Source of the DNA: a bacterium
Lineage (GTDB): Bacteria; Caldisericota; JANLFM01
Length of the DNA: 44,731 bases
NCBI GenBank assembly: GCA_037131855.1
Contig: JBAXQG010000001.1
Location: 1 to 44,731, forward strand
Reading direction: 5' to 3'
Positions 41,930 to 44,731 of this stretch are shown here, one piece after another (the first letter of the stretch is position 1; every line of letters starts with the position of its first letter). The notes under the pieces are model-generated. The model had not been told where the DNA came from. It searched no databases and saw nothing but the letters and a program-made list of their open reading frames with translations. The position numbers were made by a program, and so were the translations under genes.

Positions 41930-43153
41930 GTGGAAGATGGCAACATCCGGGCCAATATCTGGAACGGAGCGTTCGCTTCTGTCAATAGCAATATGGTCAA
42001 CAATTTCCTCGGCATCTATGCCCGGGATCTCGGCGCCAGCTCATTCCAGTTCGGTTTGCTGACTTCTCTTCCGGCATTGGTCACCACCTTTACCATTCTC
42101 CCCGGGTTGCCTCTGGTGGAACGGTTGAAGGACAAGACGCGTTTCACCGCCGGTATGGCGCTGGCTGGCAGGCTTTTCTACCTCCTCTTTGCCTTGGCTT
42201 CTTTCTTTCAACCTTCCGTCTGGCTTCTTCTGCTATTCGTCGCATTGGCCGCTCTGCCCAATGCTTGGTCCGGATTGTCTTGGACTGCCTTGATTGGAGA
42301 ATCAATCTCACAAGAGAAGCGGGCCATGGCTTTTTCGGCCCGCAACCGGTTGATCGCCATCTTTGGCATCCTGGCTGCCATGGCTGCCGGGCAGGTGATG
42401 GAAGTGCTGGCCTTTCCCTGGAGCTACCGAGTTGTATTTGTCTCCGCCTTCCTTTTCGCGCTCTTCGAGATCTATACCTTGCTCTTGTTGAAGCCGATTG
42501 CTCTCGAGACGATTCCTGCGAGCCGAGTGGGAGTTGGTCACCTGATTCGAAGCAATCCACGCTACCGTCAGTTTTTGGTTGGTTCTCTTTTGTTCCAGGT
42601 TGGTTTCCAATTTGCTCTCCCTCTCTTCACCATCTATACGTTGCGCGATCTAGGCGCATCACCGATCTGGGTTTCTTTGATTGTCATCGTCTCTGGGGTG
42701 GCTCAAGTAGCGGCTTATCCCCTATGGGCGCGCTGGAATCATCGTTTCGGCGGGATCGTTCCCTTGGTTTGGTCGTTAATCCTACTGTCCCTTAACCCTT
42801 TGTTGTATGCCTCGGCGAACTCGTTATGGCCTCTTTTACTATTCAACCTGATATCTGGCTTCGGATGGTCTGGATTCAATCTGATCTCCTTCAATACCCT
42901 TTTGGAGACCTGCCCCTTAGGCGCACGGGAACGCGGGGTGGCTATTTATAATTTATTTATGAATTTAACAGCTATCCTCTTGCCCTTGTTGGGGGTTGCT
43001 TTGGCTGATTGGATCGGCATTCGTTGGGCCTTGGCGGTTGGCGCTGCGCTTCGGCTTGGTGGCGCTGTTTACTTTATTTCCACAAGTAGAGACCATTTTG
43101 GTGCATTCTTATTGCCTAAAGGCTTTTCAATCAAGAAACGGACTCTGTTATAA
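41930..43153 (+). CDS. MFS-type transporter, substrate unknown
   Basis: About 12 hydrophobic helices in two halves. GTG 41930 lies 1 nt after the mazG stop; the longest ORF starts at 41888. Confidence 0.8.
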   Translation: MEDGNIRANIWNGAFASVNSNMVNNFLGIYARDLGASSFQFGLLTSLPALVTTFTILPGLPLVERLKDKTRFTAGMALAGRLFYLLFALASFFQPSVWLLLLFVALAALPNAWSGLSWTALIGESISQEKRAMAFSARNRLIAIFGILAAMAAGQVMEVLAFPWSYRVVFVSAFLFALFEIYTLLLLKPIALETIPASRVGVGHLIRSNPRYRQFLVGSLLFQVGFQFALPLFTIYTLRDLGASPIWVSLIVIVSGVAQVAAYPLWARWNHRFGGIVPLVWSLILLSLNPLLYASANSLWPLLLFNLISGFGWSGFNLISFNTLLETCPLGARERGVAIYNLFMNLTAILLPLLGVALADWIGIRWALAVGAALRLGGAVYFISTSRDHFGAFLLPKGFSIKKRTLL

Positions 43154-43194
43154 TGGGAGCCGATTAAAGAAAGGAAGGGTCGCCTAACTCATCC

Positions 43195-44565
43195 ATGAGC
43201 AAAAAGCAGAAAGCACGCAAGCAAGCAGAGCTCGCCCAGAAAAAGAAGATCCATCAGCGTGGCCATGCCCGAATCTCCGCCTACGAAACGAGGGTGAAGA
43301 TGATTGGAGTTGTCCTGGCTGTGGCCGTTGTATTGATTGCCGTTGTAGTCACGGTCTGGGGAAGCTATCGTGGGAGCGTCCTGGCCTATGTAGGGACGGA
43401 AACCATTACCCGGGACCAGGTAAGCCAACTCTTCACCCAGCAGGCTAGCAGCCTGCAACAACAGGGTATGGAGATCACCGAAGGTTCACAGGAGTACCAG
43501 ATGCTCTGGGACAGCTCCTTAGAAGCCACCATCCAAGAGCGGCTGGCTCTTAAAGAAGCAGATCGCCTAGGGATCATCCCCACCGCCACCCAGATTCAAG
43601 AAGAGGTTACCAGGACAGCTTCCCAATACCAAATGACAGAGGATCAGTTCAAAGAAGCCCTGGCCCAGCAGAATATGACCTGGGAAAGTATCTTGCAAGA
43701 CATCGCTGTCCAACTGCAACGCCAGCAAATCTATGAAAATGTCACCGGAACGGTCACGGTCAATGAAGAAGAAATCCAGACTGCCTTCGGGGAGCAAAAA
43801 CTGAGCTATGACGCTCCCGCGCAAGCCGGCGTCCGTTTCCTCTTCTTAAACAATGTTTCTACCCTAAACGGCGGGCGGACTGAAGAGCAGACCCTGGCCC
43901 GCGGCGAAGAAGCCCTGGCCAAAATCAAGGCGGGGACAAGTTTTGCCGATGTGGCCACGGAGTATTCAGACGACATAAGCAGTCGTGATATGCTCGGGGA
44001 TCTCGGGACGATCACCCCAAGCTCGCAAGTCGGCAAGTTTGGAGAGGCTTTCGATCAGGCTGTTTTTACCTCCACTGTCCCCTTGGGTCAGGTCAGCGGC
44101 TTGGTTCCCGTCAAGAATGGCTTCGGAATATTCCAGGTCTACTCCCAAATTCCCAGCTACACCGCTCAATTGAGCGACCGATGGAATTTTACTTTCCAGC
44201 AGATCACTACTGACACGCCTAGCCAAGCCCAGGCTGCTATGGATCTGGTGAATACGGGCACTACTTTTGCCGATGTGGCCATGATTACTTCCACTGACAC
44301 GGTGACCGGGGCGACAGGCGGCGAGATGGGAACCGTCAATCGGAAAAGCTTGAAGGACTGGCAATTGAAGGTTTTGGACCGCCTAACCCTCGGGGAAGTC
44401 TCACCCATTGTGAGTGATGGAAGCCAGTTCTACCTGCTCAAGTTGAATGAGGTGCAGACATTGCAGGAGTTTGTCCAAACTACGATCTTGGAGCAAAAGA
44501 AGAGTGAAACCTGGAGCGCTTTTATCGATGGATTGAAAGCGAAAACAAAGGTAACCACTGTCTAG
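43195..44565 (+). CDS. membrane-anchored peptidyl-prolyl cis-trans isomerase, SurA/PrsA-like with two parvulin (PpiC) domains
   Basis: A basic N-terminus, one TM helix (MIGVVLAVAVVLIAVVVTVW) and a SurA-N-like helical region. Parvulin 1: FADVATEYSDD...GDLG...GFGIFQV. Parvulin 2 is more divergent: FADVAMITSTD...GGEMG... Confidence 0.85.
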   Translation: MSKKQKARKQAELAQKKKIHQRGHARISAYETRVKMIGVVLAVAVVLIAVVVTVWGSYRGSVLAYVGTETITRDQVSQLFTQQASSLQQQGMEITEGSQEYQMLWDSSLEATIQERLALKEADRLGIIPTATQIQEEVTRTASQYQMTEDQFKEALAQQNMTWESILQDIAVQLQRQQIYENVTGTVTVNEEEIQTAFGEQKLSYDAPAQAGVRFLFLNNVSTLNGGRTEEQTLARGEEALAKIKAGTSFADVATEYSDDISSRDMLGDLGTITPSSQVGKFGEAFDQAVFTSTVPLGQVSGLVPVKNGFGIFQVYSQIPSYTAQLSDRWNFTFQQITTDTPSQAQAAMDLVNTGTTFADVAMITSTDTVTGATGGEMGTVNRKSLKDWQLKVLDRLTLGEVSPIVSDGSQFYLLKLNEVQTLQEFVQTTILEQKKSETWSAFIDGLKAKTKVTTV

Positions 44566-44689
44566 GCTGACACGGATGTGCAAATTGGATCCACTTAGAG
44601 AATTCCACCAACATTTACCCAGAGGAAAGGGGGGAAGGGTCTCAGATTATCCTGGAAAGCCAGGTCTTATATAAAAAAGGAGGATGTGA

Positions 44690-44731
44690 ATGAAGAAGTT
44701 TCTAGTAGGTATGCTCGTTACGTTGCTTGTA
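44690..44731 (+). CDS. 5' end of a secreted or lipoprotein-like CDS (runs off the window)
   Basis: ATG 44690 lies 6 nt after AAGGAGG. MKKFLVGMLVTLLV looks like a signal peptide. Only 14 codons are visible. Confidence 0.5.
   Translation, partial: MKKFLVGMLVTLLV

Noticed and set aside
44651-44675. Hairpin CCTGG-AAAG-CCAGG followed by TCTTATAT after the PPIase gene, considered as a terminator, and TTATCC/TATAAA considered as a promoter for the last gene.
   Set aside because: The stem is only 5 bp and the U-tract is poor. The promoter candidate would place the transcription start inside the SD of the downstream gene. The support is too weak to call.

Overview
This is a 44.7-kb bacterial chromosomal segment. 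Every gene I can support (about 50 CDS and 3 tRNAs) lies on the + strand, with almost no intergenic DNA.

The content is core housekeeping, and the gene order resembles Bacillota (Firmicutes)-like genomes:
- BKACE fragment, cyclodeaminase-domain protein, thiolase
- tal-rho-thyX-tdk-DUF1385-prfA-plsY-sua5-unknown-GNAT-(pgsA fused to a cofE-like domain)
- rimP-nusA-ylxR-infB-DUF503-rbfA-nrnA-truB-ribF
- rpsO-pnp-dut-udg-rnj-ftsK-DUF951-membrane protein
- rpsF-ssb-rpsR-rplI-dnaB
- tRNA-Lys, two divergent asparaginase-family paralogues, tRNA-Glu, tRNA-Gln
- glmU(short)-prs-ctc-pth-mfd-mazG-MFS-parvulin PPIase

I see no rRNA, CRISPR array, transposase, integrase, or recognisable defence or toxin genes, so I cannot point to a classic novel defence island.

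The most unusual locus is at 9862-12605, directly downstream of plsY. It holds an unknown 111-aa protein, a CelD/FemAB-like GNAT, and an in-frame fusion of a PgsA-type CDP-alcohol phosphatidyltransferase to a CofE-like (F420 gamma-glutamyl ligase family) domain. I read this as a candidate phospholipid head-group modification module.

Other observations worth a second look:
- ThyX carries an unexplained ~160-aa C-terminal domain.
- MazG carries a phosphatase-like but Cys-less N-terminal domain.
- Two normally bifunctional enzymes have lost their second activity: GlmU lacks most of the acetyltransferase domain, and RibF has a decayed riboflavin-kinase domain.
- Two genes (plsY, nrnA) encode their conserved N-termini upstream of any ATG/GTG/TTG. 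Each has an SD-preceded ATC as the best start candidate.
- The RNA-metabolism proteins Rho, PNPase and RNase J carry charged low-complexity extensions.
- A promoter plus terminator-like hairpin sits immediately upstream of rimP.

All family assignments come from motif recognition by eye. No database search, HMM, RNA-folding or composition calculation was run.
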